A stretch of DNA of 64,000 nucleotides from an uncultured Candidatus Actinomarina sp. Lineage in GTDB: Bacteria > Actinomycetota > Acidimicrobiia > Actinomarinales > Actinomarinaceae. The notes below the pieces were generated by a model that had not been told where the DNA came from, did no database searches, and saw nothing but the letters and a program-made list of their open reading frames with translations. Each line of letters opens with the position of its first letter. Position 1 is the first letter of the stretch. Location of the stretch: the NCBI GenBank assembly GCA_902555985.1, contig CACDUI010000006.1, forward strand, positions 1,709 through 65,708, written 5' to 3'. The translations under genes and the position numbers were made by a program. This document shows, piece by piece, positions 37,558 through 47,496 of the stretch.

Positions 37558-38214
37558 TTAAGTCTGACCTTCTAGTGTCCATTCAAGGTTAGGTTTAATA
37601 CTGTAAATTAATGGAATACTCACTAGTGAACTGATTAGTTTAATACCAACCATTGATAAAAATATTGACCAAACGACTTCAATTGGAATTAAGCCATAGA
37701 AAGCAACAAATGAAAAAACTAGGGAATCAATAGGAGATGAAATAGTATTGGATGAAAGAACTCTTCCCCATTGAAATTTATATCCGTACCTAACCACCCA
37801 TTTCTGATAAACATATGTATCAATTAATTCTGCAATAAGCATGGCAATTATAGAGGCTGTAACAATTCGCCATTGTGGCCCAAGAACAGTTGACCACTCA
37901 GCTTGAGGCCCAACTTCCATGTCTGCAGGTGCGCTTGAAACCCACCAAAAATATAAAACCATCAGTACATTTACACCGGCTCCAGTGTAAATTGTTGCTT
38001 TAGCAGTTTGAGTTCCACCTATTTTATGAATTAAATCACGTAAAGTAAAAGTAAGTGGATAAATTAATGTACCCGCATCAATAGAAAAACCAGCAAAAAT
38101 AACTATTCTTAATGAAGCAATATTTGCAATTAAAGTACAGGCAAGATACAAACCAACAACTAGCACTAAAGCACTGAGCCAAGCATTAGAAATATTTTTT
38201 GAGCTATCTTTCAT
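37558..38214 (-). CDS. yhhQ: Queuosine precursor transporter, YhhQ/VUT family
   Basis: YPLTFTLRDLIHK and IDSLVF motifs, about 6 TM segments. Confidence 0.8.
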   Translation of the reverse strand: MKDSSKNISNAWLSALVLVVGLYLACTLIANIASLRIVIFAGFSIDAGTLIYPLTFTLRDLIHKIGGTQTAKATIYTGAGVNVLMVLYFWWVSSAPADMEVGPQAEWSTVLGPQWRIVTASIIAMLIAELIDTYVYQKWVVRYGYKFQWGRVLSSNTISSPIDSLVFSFVAFYGLIPIEVVWSIFLSMVGIKLISSLVSIPLIYSIKPNLEWTLEGQT

Positions 38215-38346
38215 TTTTACCTACAAAGTACATTTCAGCATATATAAATATTTAAATAAAATTATCAAGAAATAAAATGCTTTACCTACTTTTTTAAAAG
38301 TTTTATAATTAAATTAATCCTTCGACTTTTATAGCGGAGAGAGGAA

Positions 38347-39210
38347 ATGAAAAAAACTGTACCTTATATAAGAAATTTAAAAAATAATCGTGTTGTGTCA
38401 ATGATGACAGCCTATGATTATCCATCCGCAAAAGCAGTCTCTGAAGCAGAGATTGATATTATTTTAGTTGGAGATTCATTAGCACAAGTTGTTCTTGGAC
38501 ATGATGACACCTTATCAATAACAGTAGATGAAATGCTACACCATGTTAAAGCTGTAACAAACGCGAAACCCTCATCACTCGTTGTTGCAGATATGCCATA
38601 TATGTCTTATCACGTAAGTAAAGAAGAAACCATCAAAAATGCTGGCAGGTTCATACAAGAAGGCAAAGCAGATGCTGTAAAGATTGAAGGTGGTAGAAAA
38701 AGAAAAGAAACTATAGAGGCATTATTAGATGCGGAAATACCAGTAATGGGGCATCTTGGATTAACACCCCAATCAAAAAATTTAATGGGTGGATACAAAG
38801 TTCAAGGAAAAACTTTAGACTTGGCTCGAGAACTATTTGAAGACGCTCTACTCCTTGAGGAGATAGGGTGTTTTTCTATGGTATTAGAAGGTGTTCCAAC
38901 AATTGTTGGACAGTCTATTTCTGAAAATATAAATATTCCAACTATTGGAATAGGCGCAGGAAACCTAACAGATGGTCAGGTACTTGTATTACATGATTTA
39001 TTAGGTATGAAATCTAAAGAGTATATAGACGCTAAATTTGTAAAAAGATATGATCAACAATATGAAACAACACTCCAGGCTTTAAAAAGCTACAAATCAG
39101 ATATTGAGGTAAGAAAATTTCCCACAGAAGACCACTCATATAATATTGGGAGTGACATAAGCGAATTTCTAAAAGAGTGGAAAAAAGAAATTAAAAAAAT
39201 TCTGTCATAG
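38347..39210 (+). CDS. panB: 3-methyl-2-oxobutanoate hydroxymethyltransferase
   Basis: MMTAYDY, LVGDSL, KIEGG and IGIGAG motifs. SD GGAGAGAGGAA. Confidence 0.9.
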   Translation: MKKTVPYIRNLKNNRVVSMMTAYDYPSAKAVSEAEIDIILVGDSLAQVVLGHDDTLSITVDEMLHHVKAVTNAKPSSLVVADMPYMSYHVSKEETIKNAGRFIQEGKADAVKIEGGRKRKETIEALLDAEIPVMGHLGLTPQSKNLMGGYKVQGKTLDLARELFEDALLLEEIGCFSMVLEGVPTIVGQSISENINIPTIGIGAGNLTDGQVLVLHDLLGMKSKEYIDAKFVKRYDQQYETTLQALKSYKSDIEVRKFPTEDHSYNIGSDISEFLKEWKKEIKKILS

Positions 39211-39281
39211 TACGTTTCTAGTATTAAATTAAAAGGTACCTGCTTCGAAGGAAGCCACGTATTAGTGTCCATAGGAGAAAA

Positions 39282-39569
39282 ATGAATAAATATGACTTAG
39301 TCTCAATAGTGAGACCAACAGCAGACGATACAGTCGTCGAATCTATACATAAATCCATATCAGAAGTAATTTCTAACGGTGGTGGAACCGTGTCTGAACA
39401 AGGCGTGTGGCAAAAAAGAAAACTTGCATACGAGATTGATACTTTTAAAGATGGTATTTACACGATCACGACTTTTGAGGCTCCTTCAGAAGTACCAGCT
39501 GAACTAGATAGAGTGCTAAAAATTTCTGATGATGTCATTAGACACAAAGTCCTAAAGATGGAAAGCTAG
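39282..39569 (+). CDS. rpsF: 30S ribosomal protein S6
   Basis: YDLVSIVRP N-terminus. First gene of the conserved rpsF-ssb-rpsR-rplI block. Confidence 0.9.
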   Translation: MNKYDLVSIVRPTADDTVVESIHKSISEVISNGGGTVSEQGVWQKRKLAYEIDTFKDGIYTITTFEAPSEVPAELDRVLKISDDVIRHKVLKMES

Positions 39570-39581
39570 AGGTAGATAAAA

Positions 39582-40007
39582 ATGGTAGATAATACAGTAA
39601 CAATTGTTGGAAACTTAACTGCTGATCCCGAAATCAGAGTAACTGATGGTGGAGCGACATTGGCAGAAATAAGAATTGCACAAAATAAAAATAAAAGAAA
39701 TTCTGACGGGTCATGGGAACCTGGAGATCCTATGTATTTTCAGGGAACAGTTTGGAACGATATGGCAGAAAATGCTGCGGCTTCATTACAAAAAGGAATG
39801 AGAGTCATCGTAGTTGGAAAATTGAACTACAGATCATGGGAAACGCAAGATGGACAAAACAGGTCAGTTGTAGATATATCAATTGATGAAATTGCTCCTA
39901 GCTTACGCTGGGCTAAAGCAAGCATAGAAAGAGCTTCTGGTGGTATGCAATCTAGTCAAGAACCTGTAGCTAGAGAAAATTACGAAGAAGATGAAGCACC
40001 CTTTTAA
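39582..40007 (+). CDS. ssb: Single-stranded DNA-binding protein
   Basis: OB-fold N-terminus ([12 protein letters not shown]) and an acidic C-terminal tail EEDEAPF. Confidence 0.9.
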   Translation: MVDNTVTIVGNLTADPEIRVTDGGATLAEIRIAQNKNKRNSDGSWEPGDPMYFQGTVWNDMAENAAASLQKGMRVIVVGKLNYRSWETQDGQNRSVVDISIDEIAPSLRWAKASIERASGGMQSSQEPVARENYEEDEAPF

Positions 40008-40018
40008 GGAGATTTATT

Positions 40019-40300
40019 ATGGCAAATACTAAAAGAAATACTGGAAGAAGGTCTTCAAAATATGAAGCTCCTAAACCAAGAAGAATTACAAAAAAACAGA
40101 TAGAAAATGCAACCTATAAAGATGTCAAACTATTAGAAAAGTTTATTTCTGATAGAGGAAAAATACGATCAAGTTTAATAACTGGTATTACTAAGCAGGA
40201 GCAAGCAAAGGTTGCAAGGCTAATCAAAGTAGCTAGAGAGCTAGCTCTTTTGCCTTACGTAACTACAAGCACATACAAGCAAAGTTACAATAGACGATGA
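40019..40300 (+). CDS. rpsR: 30S ribosomal protein S18
   Basis: [17 protein letters not shown] and [12 protein letters not shown] motifs. Confidence 0.9.
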   Translation: MANTKRNTGRRSSKYEAPKPRRITKKQIENATYKDVKLLEKFISDRGKIRSSLITGITKQEQAKVARLIKVARELALLPYVTTSTYKQSYNRR

Positions 40301-40749
40301 AATTAATCTTAAATTCGGATGTTAAGTCTTTAGGTCGTAAAGGTGACGTAGTCGAAGTTGCTAAAGGTTATGCAAGAAACTATCTCTTGCCTAAAAAATT
40401 AGCAATAGTAGCTACTTCAAATAATTTAGAGTTTGCTCAAAAATTACAAGAAAAAAGACAACAGCAGGCTCAGGTAAATAATGAGCTTGCAGAATCTATA
40501 ATCACAGCTCTTGCTGATGCACATATCGTTATTTCTCAAACTACTACTGATGAGGGAACGCTTTATGCTTCAATTAGCAATTTACAAATTGTAGAGGCGG
40601 TTGAAACATTTTCTGGTTTTAAGCTTGAAGAAGAACAAATCAGTGTTGAAAATCAAGTAAAAGAAATAGGCTTACACACAATAAAAGTGGTTTTAGGTCC
40701 CGATACAAATTTTGATATCACTCTAGAAGTAGTTCCAGAAACAAAATAA
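40297..40749 (+). CDS. rplI: 50S ribosomal protein L9
   Basis: [33 protein letters not shown]-terminus. Confidence 0.9.
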   Translation: MKLILNSDVKSLGRKGDVVEVAKGYARNYLLPKKLAIVATSNNLEFAQKLQEKRQQQAQVNNELAESIITALADAHIVISQTTTDEGTLYASISNLQIVEAVETFSGFKLEEEQISVENQVKEIGLHTIKVVLGPDTNFDITLEVVPETK

Positions 40750-42107
40750 TGGTTGGTCCAGAGGCACTATCATCAAGAGACAACCAGTCTTTAAGTAAAG
40801 TTCCTCCTCATAGCTTAGAAGCAGAAGAAGCACTTTTAGGAAGCGCATTGCTCTCAAGAGATGCTGTCACAAGGCTGATGGAAGAAGTTAAGCCACCAGA
40901 TTTCTACAGTCCTTCAAACCAAAGTGTTTACGAAGCAATGAAGGGATTGTTTGATACAGGAAATCCAATTGATACAGTTACTGTCTCAGAACTAATTTTT
41001 AAAGATGCAAAAAACTCCTCTGTTAACGCATCATACATTGCGAGGCTTGTAGAGAATGTTCCAAGCTCTGCAAACTTCGAAAGATATATTGAAATAGTCT
41101 TAGAACACTCACATAGAAGAAAGCTTTTAAAAGCAAGTGGAAGAATCGAATTGTTGGCTATGGCTATGGATAAAGAAATTCATAGTGTCTTAGATGAGGC
41201 AGAGCAAACAATATTTACGGCTTCTGATGATGCAATTGGTGATGGACTAGTTGGAGTTAACGATGTTCTTGAATCTGCAATTGAGAGAATTGAAGAAATT
41301 GAAAACAGAGGAACTGGTTTGTCAGGACTACCAACGTATTTCTCAGATTTAGATTATTACCTTTCAGGACTTCAAGAAGGCAATTTAGCCGTGATTGCAT
41401 CAAGACCAAGCATGGGTAAATCTTCTTTGGCTCTAAATATTGCAACTAATGTAGCTAAAGAAGGAAAAATAGCTGCATTTTTCTCACTTGAAATGACAAA
41501 GGAAGAACTAGTTCAAAGAGTATTGTTTTCTGAAGCAAAGGTAACTTCTGGCGATGCTAGAAAAGGTCAATTAGGTCCTGAAAAGTGGTCAAGAGTTGTT
41601 GAAGCGGCTTCAAAGGTAAATAATCTTCCTCTGTACTTTGATGATGCACCAGTTATAACTGTTACAGATATACGTGCTAAATCAAGAAGATTAAAATCTT
41701 CTAAAGGTTTAGATCTCATACTTGTTGATTATTTACAGCTTATGCAAAGTTCTTCTGGTGACAACAGGCAACAAGAAATTGCTGAAATAAGCAGAAATCT
41801 TAAAAATCTATCTCGAGAGCTCAAAGTTCCAATACTTGCACTTTCACAGTTGAATAGAGCTGCAGAAGCAAGAGAAGACAAAAGACCTCGTCTGGGAGAT
41901 TTGAGAGAATCTGGCGCAATTGAACAGGACGCTGATATTGTCATGATGCTTTATAGAGATGATTATTATAATCCAGGCACTGAAACTCCTGGAGTTGCAG
42001 AAGTAAATATCGTTAAAAATAGATCTGGACAAACTGGGAAAGTAGATCTTTTCTTTAGTAAAGAGTTCACACAATTTAGTAACTACGCCAAACAAGACCA
42101 ACAATAA
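40749..42107 (+). CDS. dnaB: Replicative DNA helicase DnaB
   Basis: PPHSLEAEEALLGS N-terminus, Walker A ASRPSMGKSS, and LSQLNR / ESGAIEQDAD motifs. Confidence 0.92.
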   Translation: MVGPEALSSRDNQSLSKVPPHSLEAEEALLGSALLSRDAVTRLMEEVKPPDFYSPSNQSVYEAMKGLFDTGNPIDTVTVSELIFKDAKNSSVNASYIARLVENVPSSANFERYIEIVLEHSHRRKLLKASGRIELLAMAMDKEIHSVLDEAEQTIFTASDDAIGDGLVGVNDVLESAIERIEEIENRGTGLSGLPTYFSDLDYYLSGLQEGNLAVIASRPSMGKSSLALNIATNVAKEGKIAAFFSLEMTKEELVQRVLFSEAKVTSGDARKGQLGPEKWSRVVEAASKVNNLPLYFDDAPVITVTDIRAKSRRLKSSKGLDLILVDYLQLMQSSSGDNRQQEIAEISRNLKNLSRELKVPILALSQLNRAAEAREDKRPRLGDLRESGAIEQDADIVMMLYRDDYYNPGTETPGVAEVNIVKNRSGQTGKVDLFFSKEFTQFSNYAKQDQQ

Positions 42108-42109
42108 GT

Positions 42110-42964
42110 TTGAATACAAAACTTAGGGCTTATCTTTTGATTAGTTTTTTAGCAATTTGTTGGGGTTCAATTCCTTTAATAATTAGAACCTCAGATGTTA
42201 GTTCAATGTCTTTAGTCGGTATACGCACTTTTCTAGGTGCTATGTTTTTGCTAATTTTTGTATTACGAAAAAGAGAAATATCTAAAGAACTTTTATATTC
42301 AGGTATATTTTTAGGACCTCTTTTGGCTATTCACTGGTCAACAATGTTCAAGTCAATTGAATTAAATACTGTTGCAGTAGGGATCGGATTAGTTTTTTCT
42401 TATCCTATATTTATTTTGATTATTGAACTTTTGCGTGGGAAAAATATTAAACCTGTTCAAATTTTAATCATATTAATTGGATTTTTTGGACTGTATCTAC
42501 TTTTAGACTTCACAACAATTTCTTCTATTGCAGGAGTAGTTTATGGTCTTATAAGCGCTCTTTCTTTAGCAATTTTAATAATATATGGATCATCTAAGTC
42601 AATAGAATTTGGTGGTCTAAATGTGGCATTTGTCCAAGTATTTTTTGCCGCAATTATTTTATCCCCCTTTACTTATTCAGGCATTTCTTGGATGTTTGAA
42701 AACTTACTTGTGAGTATCTTTCTTGGCTTTTTTCTTACAGGAGTTGGCTTAACAACTTACTGGTATGTAATAAAATTTATTTCACCTATATCAATTGGAA
42801 CTATAACTTATTTAGAGCCTGTAACTGGAGTTATTATCGGATCAATGATTTTAAACGAATCACTGAGGATTTCTCAATACTTTGGATTTGGAATTGTTTT
42901 GCTAGTTGGCATTACACAGGTTTTTATTGATACCAAGAATCAAGCTCAACCCCTTGAAAACTAG
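42110..42964 (+). CDS. EamA/DMT-family transporter
   Basis: 10 TM segments with a two-EamA-repeat organisation. TTG start. Confidence 0.75.
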   Translation: MNTKLRAYLLISFLAICWGSIPLIIRTSDVSSMSLVGIRTFLGAMFLLIFVLRKREISKELLYSGIFLGPLLAIHWSTMFKSIELNTVAVGIGLVFSYPIFILIIELLRGKNIKPVQILIILIGFFGLYLLLDFTTISSIAGVVYGLISALSLAILIIYGSSKSIEFGGLNVAFVQVFFAAIILSPFTYSGISWMFENLLVSIFLGFFLTGVGLTTYWYVIKFISPISIGTITYLEPVTGVIIGSMILNESLRISQYFGFGIVLLVGITQVFIDTKNQAQPLEN

Positions 42965-43334
42965 AACTGTTTAGAAATGTATCAATACTGAATAAGTAAG
43001 AATTATTAATTAAGTATTTTTTGATATGATCAGTTCTAGTAATTATTGGATAAGAAATTTTTCTGAAATCGTCACGATTTAAATGTGAAACTATTTGATT
43101 ATTCTCAATTTCTTTGAGTGCACTAGTGACTTTCTCGAAACTAACAATAGTCTCATTGTTTTCAACTAAATTTATAATTTTTGGTACAAGGGAATTCTCT
43201 TGGGGAATTTTGTTGGAAATTAAAGTGTACTCCTGGGCAAGTATTTCTAATGATTCTTTATTTAAAGAATACAGCTTACTTTTGTCTTCATATAGTAAGT
43301 TTTGACCTTCAACCAGTAAAAAATTATATTCCAT
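42924..43334 (-). CDS. Hypothetical protein
   Basis: 136-aa ORF with no motif. Its 3' end overlaps the convergent transporter gene by 41 nt. Confidence 0.45.
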   Translation of the reverse strand: MEYNFLLVEGQNLLYEDKSKLYSLNKESLEILAQEYTLISNKIPQENSLVPKIINLVENNETIVSFEKVTSALKEIENNQIVSHLNRDDFRKISYPIITRTDHIKKYLINNSYLFSIDTFLNSSSFQGVELDSWYQ

Positions 43335-43404
43335 ATTTTGAACATTAATTAATTAATAAAATTACAGCTATTGCAATAAATAATTAATTAACTAACTTTA
43401 GTCT

Positions 43405-45024
43405 ATGAGAGTTTTACAAGGTAAAGGTGTGTCTCCAGGAGTTAATACTGGAAAGCCAGTAAATATTGAGAGATCGTTAGATTTTTCTGTTCCAGCAAAA
43501 ATGTCTCTAGATGAAGGCATAGTAGAACTAACCTCAAGATATAAAGGTATTGTTGAGAAGTACAACTCATCATCTAGAGAGGTTGAGGCAGAAGTCCTTG
43601 AAGCGTATATCTTAATTCTTAATGACCCAGAATTAGTAGGCAGTCTATCAAACTTAAACAGCTCTCAATTAGAAGAAATTTATAATATTTTTTTAGAACA
43701 AGCAGAAGTATTCAAACAAATGGATGATGATTATTTTCGACAAAGATCTGAAGACATAGAGGCAATAGGTAAAGAATTAATATTCACAATTCAAAATGTC
43801 TCTTTAGAGATTGATATGGAGACACCACAAGTAATTTTTGCTAATGAATTAACACCTAATGAAACATCTTCGATGAACTTAAATCAAGTAACTGGATTTG
43901 TTGTAAAAGAAGGTGGTCCAACATCACATGCCGTGATTGTTGCTAAAAATTATGGTATTCCATGTATTTTAGATATTAGTGTCCAAGATTTTGATATTGA
44001 GAATACAAACGAAGTTATTATAAACGGAACTTCTGGTGAATTGACGATCAATCCTGACAAGAGCTCACTTAAAATTGTTGAAGATTATCAACTAACTGCA
44101 ATCAGCTATCAAGAAAATTATAAACAAGAATCACTGGACAAGCTTGAGATTGAGCTCAGGGCAAATATTGGTTCAACTGATGAAATAAAAAATTTCAAAG
44201 ATCCATTAATAAATTCAGTAGGACTATTTCGCTCTGAATTTCTATATATTGAAGAAAAACAAGAGCCTAAATTGGCGAATCTCGTCAAAGCTAACAATCT
44301 TCTAAATGAAAAATTTGAAAAAACAATTGTTTATAGAACTCTAGATATTGGAGGAGACAAACAAGTTGACTATCTTAACTTACCAAAAGAAGATAATCCA
44401 TTTTTAGGCGTAAGAGGAGTTAGGCTAACTCTTGAAAATCGACAGTTATTTGAAACTCAAATAAGTTCTATTTTAGAATCAAATATTAAAGAAAAAGTCA
44501 AAATAATGTTTCCGATGATATCAATCCTGGAAGATTATTTAGAAGCGAAAGATGTTGTAGTTACTATTGCTAAAAAAATTGGAGCAGAAGTTCCAAGCAT
44601 GGGAATTATGGTGGAAACACCTTCTGTTGCTATAGCCCCAGAGATATTTGTTGAAGAAGTAGATTTTTTCTCAATTGGAACAAACGATTTGCTACAATAC
44701 TCTTTTGCAGCTGACAGGGGAATAACTTCACTGAATAAATATCATGATGCATTACACCCCTCATTTTTGAAATTACTTCACAATATTATTAAAACAGCTA
44801 ACGACAACAATATAGAGGTTTCAGTATGCGGCGATATGGCGTCAGATTCAGACGGAGCATATATGTTGTATCTCATTGGATTAAGAATTTATAGCTTAGC
44901 TCCATCACAGGCTCCAGCCATTGTCTCCTCGCTTTTAAAAGCTAATGATGCAATAAATACATTAGATGTTGATGAAATACTATCTCAAAAAAATTCACAA
45001 AGTGTACGAAAGTTCATAATATAG
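43405..45024 (+). CDS. ptsI: Phosphoenolpyruvate-protein phosphotransferase (PTS enzyme I)
   Basis: GGPTSHAVIVAKNYGIP phospho-His motif and a C-terminal PEP-utilising TIM-barrel (FFSIGTNDLLQY). Confidence 0.85.
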   Translation: MRVLQGKGVSPGVNTGKPVNIERSLDFSVPAKMSLDEGIVELTSRYKGIVEKYNSSSREVEAEVLEAYILILNDPELVGSLSNLNSSQLEEIYNIFLEQAEVFKQMDDDYFRQRSEDIEAIGKELIFTIQNVSLEIDMETPQVIFANELTPNETSSMNLNQVTGFVVKEGGPTSHAVIVAKNYGIPCILDISVQDFDIENTNEVIINGTSGELTINPDKSSLKIVEDYQLTAISYQENYKQESLDKLEIELRANIGSTDEIKNFKDPLINSVGLFRSEFLYIEEKQEPKLANLVKANNLLNEKFEKTIVYRTLDIGGDKQVDYLNLPKEDNPFLGVRGVRLTLENRQLFETQISSILESNIKEKVKIMFPMISILEDYLEAKDVVVTIAKKIGAEVPSMGIMVETPSVAIAPEIFVEEVDFFSIGTNDLLQYSFAADRGITSLNKYHDALHPSFLKLLHNIIKTANDNNIEVSVCGDMASDSDGAYMLYLIGLRIYSLAPSQAPAIVSSLLKANDAINTLDVDEILSQKNSQSVRKFII

Positions 45025-45031
45025 TTTTATA

Positions 45032-45703
45032 TTGAAAACTTTTGGAATAATACTTGCAGCTGGTGAAAGCACACGTTTTGATGCTCAGGTTAATAAATTG
45101 TTTTATAGAGTAAACGATAAGGAGCTGATTCTCTATCCCGTAGAAACATTTTTAAATAACGAAAGTATAGATGAAGTTGTGATTGTCTCATCAGAGTCAA
45201 ATAAATTAAAACTAGAAAATCTTTTTAAAGGAAAACATGAAATAACTGTTATTGAAGGTGGGTTATCGAGACAAGAAAGTGAGTATTGCGCTATTCAATA
45301 TTTAGAACAAAAGGCAACTGATGATTGCATCGTAGCAATTCACGATGCTGCAAGATCTTTTTTATCTACAGAGCTATTAACAAATTTAGTTAATACTGCA
45401 AAAGAATATAGTTCGGCAGCTCCATATTTAGAGAGTAATAAATTTTACGACACCTCAAACAATAAAATGGTGCTGACTAAAAAAATTGTAGACATTCAGA
45501 CACCCCAAATATATAAATATAAGGAATTATTAGAGTGCTACTCCTTTTTGGCTGAAAACGGTATTACAAATATGGTTGATACAACTGAAAGTATGTATAA
45601 ATTTAACAAACTTAAAACACACGTTATAAAAGGTGAAAAAAATAATCTGAAAATAACTTATAAGAGTGACTTAAATACACTTGAGAGCATTACAAGAGCA
45701 TAA
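45032..45703 (+). CDS. IspD/TarI-family cytidylyltransferase
   Basis: ILAAGESTRF, IEGGLSRQES, AIHDAARSF and IQTPQ motifs. TTG start 7 nt after the ptsI stop. Confidence 0.7.
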   Translation: MKTFGIILAAGESTRFDAQVNKLFYRVNDKELILYPVETFLNNESIDEVVIVSSESNKLKLENLFKGKHEITVIEGGLSRQESEYCAIQYLEQKATDDCIVAIHDAARSFLSTELLTNLVNTAKEYSSAAPYLESNKFYDTSNNKMVLTKKIVDIQTPQIYKYKELLECYSFLAENGITNMVDTTESMYKFNKLKTHVIKGEKNNLKITYKSDLNTLESITRA

Positions 45704-46932
45704 TGAACCAATTAGATAAATTTAAAAACTATATTGACGATCGTAAAGAGAATGTAAAAGTGGGCCTTGTTGGAGCAGGGCAAATGGGCCAAGGCATTGT
45801 TGCCCAAATTTCGAAAATGTATGGAGTTGATTTAGTTTGTATAGTAGACAGAAATCAAAATCAACTTGAAAATGCTTCAGATAGATATAGAAATTCAAAA
45901 AATAACGAACTGGTGTGCTCTGATAATATCTCAGCATTGGATGATATAGATTTAGACATAGTCATTGAGGCGACAGGAACACCTGCCGCTGGAGCAGCAG
46001 TTGCAAAAAATGTTCTCAGTAGAGGCATTAATTTAATTTTATTAAATGTTGAAACTGAAGCAACAATCGGCTTAGCTTTAAGGAAAGAAGCTGAAAAAAA
46101 TAAAGCCATAATCACTGTTGCTGATGGAGATGAGCCAGTAGCAGCACTTGATTTATACAACTTTGCTACAGAACTTTCATTTGAAGTTGTTTCGATTGGT
46201 AAAGGTAAAAATAACCCATTCAATAGGTACGCCACTCCAGATTTATTAGCAAAAGAAGCTACTTCAAAAAAAATGAATCCAAAAATGTTAACAAGTTTTG
46301 TAGATGGTTCAAAAACAATGGTTGAGATGGCAGCACTCGCTAATTTTCTTGATTTTGAAATAGATATTGATGGAATGCATGGGATAGAAGCCACCTATGA
46401 AAACATAAATCAATACTATATACCAAAAAAAGATGGTGGTCTCCTAGAAAACTCACAAGTTGTAGAGTTTGCGTTCGGTATTGCACCAGGGGTTTTTGCT
46501 GTAATTTATTCAGAAGATGATTATGTGAATTATGAAATGGAGTATTTAAAAATGGGCAAAGGCCCTTTTTGGACCCTAGCTAGACCTTATCACTTAACAA
46601 GCCTTGAAATTCCTAGGACTATTAGGCATATTATGTTAGAAAAATATTCAAAACTAAGTGCAACTTCATGGAATGTTGAAGTTGTTGCTTACGCTAAACA
46701 AGATATTGAACCAGGTACAAATTTAGGCTCAATTGGCGGAGATTATATTTATGGTAAAGCCCAGAAAGCGGTATCTTCTAAGGGCTTTCTTCCGTTAGGA
46801 ATTGCAGAGGATAATGTTGTGAACAAATTAATAAAAAAAGGAGATCCTTTGATGGTTGACGATGTAGATGCACAAGATAATGTATTATGTGAATATTGGA
46901 AAAAGCAAAATCAAATATTGGATAGTTATTAA
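45703..46932 (+). CDS. NAD(P)-binding oxidoreductase, homoserine-dehydrogenase-like with SAF-type C-terminus (COG4091-like, tentative)
   Basis: VGLVGAGQMGQG Rossmann motif. The TAATG overlap links it to the upstream gene. Confidence 0.55.
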   Translation: MNQLDKFKNYIDDRKENVKVGLVGAGQMGQGIVAQISKMYGVDLVCIVDRNQNQLENASDRYRNSKNNELVCSDNISALDDIDLDIVIEATGTPAAGAAVAKNVLSRGINLILLNVETEATIGLALRKEAEKNKAIITVADGDEPVAALDLYNFATELSFEVVSIGKGKNNPFNRYATPDLLAKEATSKKMNPKMLTSFVDGSKTMVEMAALANFLDFEIDIDGMHGIEATYENINQYYIPKKDGGLLENSQVVEFAFGIAPGVFAVIYSEDDYVNYEMEYLKMGKGPFWTLARPYHLTSLEIPRTIRHIMLEKYSKLSATSWNVEVVAYAKQDIEPGTNLGSIGGDYIYGKAQKAVSSKGFLPLGIAEDNVVNKLIKKGDPLMVDDVDAQDNVLCEYWKKQNQILDSY

Positions 46933-46965
46933 TTTCATAAAGAGTTATTATAAGATTTGAAACTG

Positions 46966-47496
46966 ATGGAAAATAAAAATAAAAATCAAAGATTAGGTGC
47001 TCAAACATTAAAATTTGAGCAGGTAGAGCTTTTTAAATCTGAAAGTAATAAATCATCCACAATGGCTCTTCACTTTGATACCGAAGAAACAAATCAGTTT
47101 TGTGATTTTACAGAAGCTGTTCTAAGTATCGTTACTAAATCAGGTATTAAGCACGGTTCTGTCACCTTGTTTACACCACACACCACAACAGCTGTTCTTA
47201 TTAATGAGTCAGAAACAGGTTATATTAATGACTTTAAGAAAAGAATTGAAGAACTTATACCATCAGATTCTTATTACGAGCATGATGATTGGGATTTAAG
47301 AACCGAGAACATGCAAGAAGATGAGAATGTAAACGGTAGGTCTCATGTAAGAGGTACAGTAATAGGTTCTTCTGGCGTAACATTGCCAATAATTAATTCT
47401 GAATTAATTATTGGAAGATGGCAAAGACTGTTTTTTGTCGAACTAGATTGTGCTCGATCTAGAAGATTGTTTGTTCAAACACAAGATTTAAACTAG
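46966..47496 (+). CDS. YjbQ/UPF0047-family protein (secondary thiamine-phosphate synthase-like)
   Basis: FTPHTTTAVLINESE and GRWQRLFFVELD motifs. Alternative TTG start at 46957. Confidence 0.75.
   Translation: MENKNKNQRLGAQTLKFEQVELFKSESNKSSTMALHFDTEETNQFCDFTEAVLSIVTKSGIKHGSVTLFTPHTTTAVLINESETGYINDFKKRIEELIPSDSYYEHDDWDLRTENMQEDENVNGRSHVRGTVIGSSGVTLPIINSELIIGRWQRLFFVELDCARSRRLFVQTQDLN

Noticed and set aside
38215-38346. preQ1 riboswitch upstream of the yhhQ-type transporter (minus strand).
   Set aside because: yhhQ genes are often preQ1-regulated. Here I found only an A-rich run (AAAAAAGTAGG). The P1 hairpin and ...AAAAAACTA(R)G tail of the preQ1-I class as I recall it are absent. A covariance-model search would be needed to be sure.
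43335-43404. TTAATTAATTAA-type palindromes upstream of ptsI as an operator.
   Set aside because: They are pure A/T self-complementary runs, which are expected by chance in this base composition. There is no information-rich flank.
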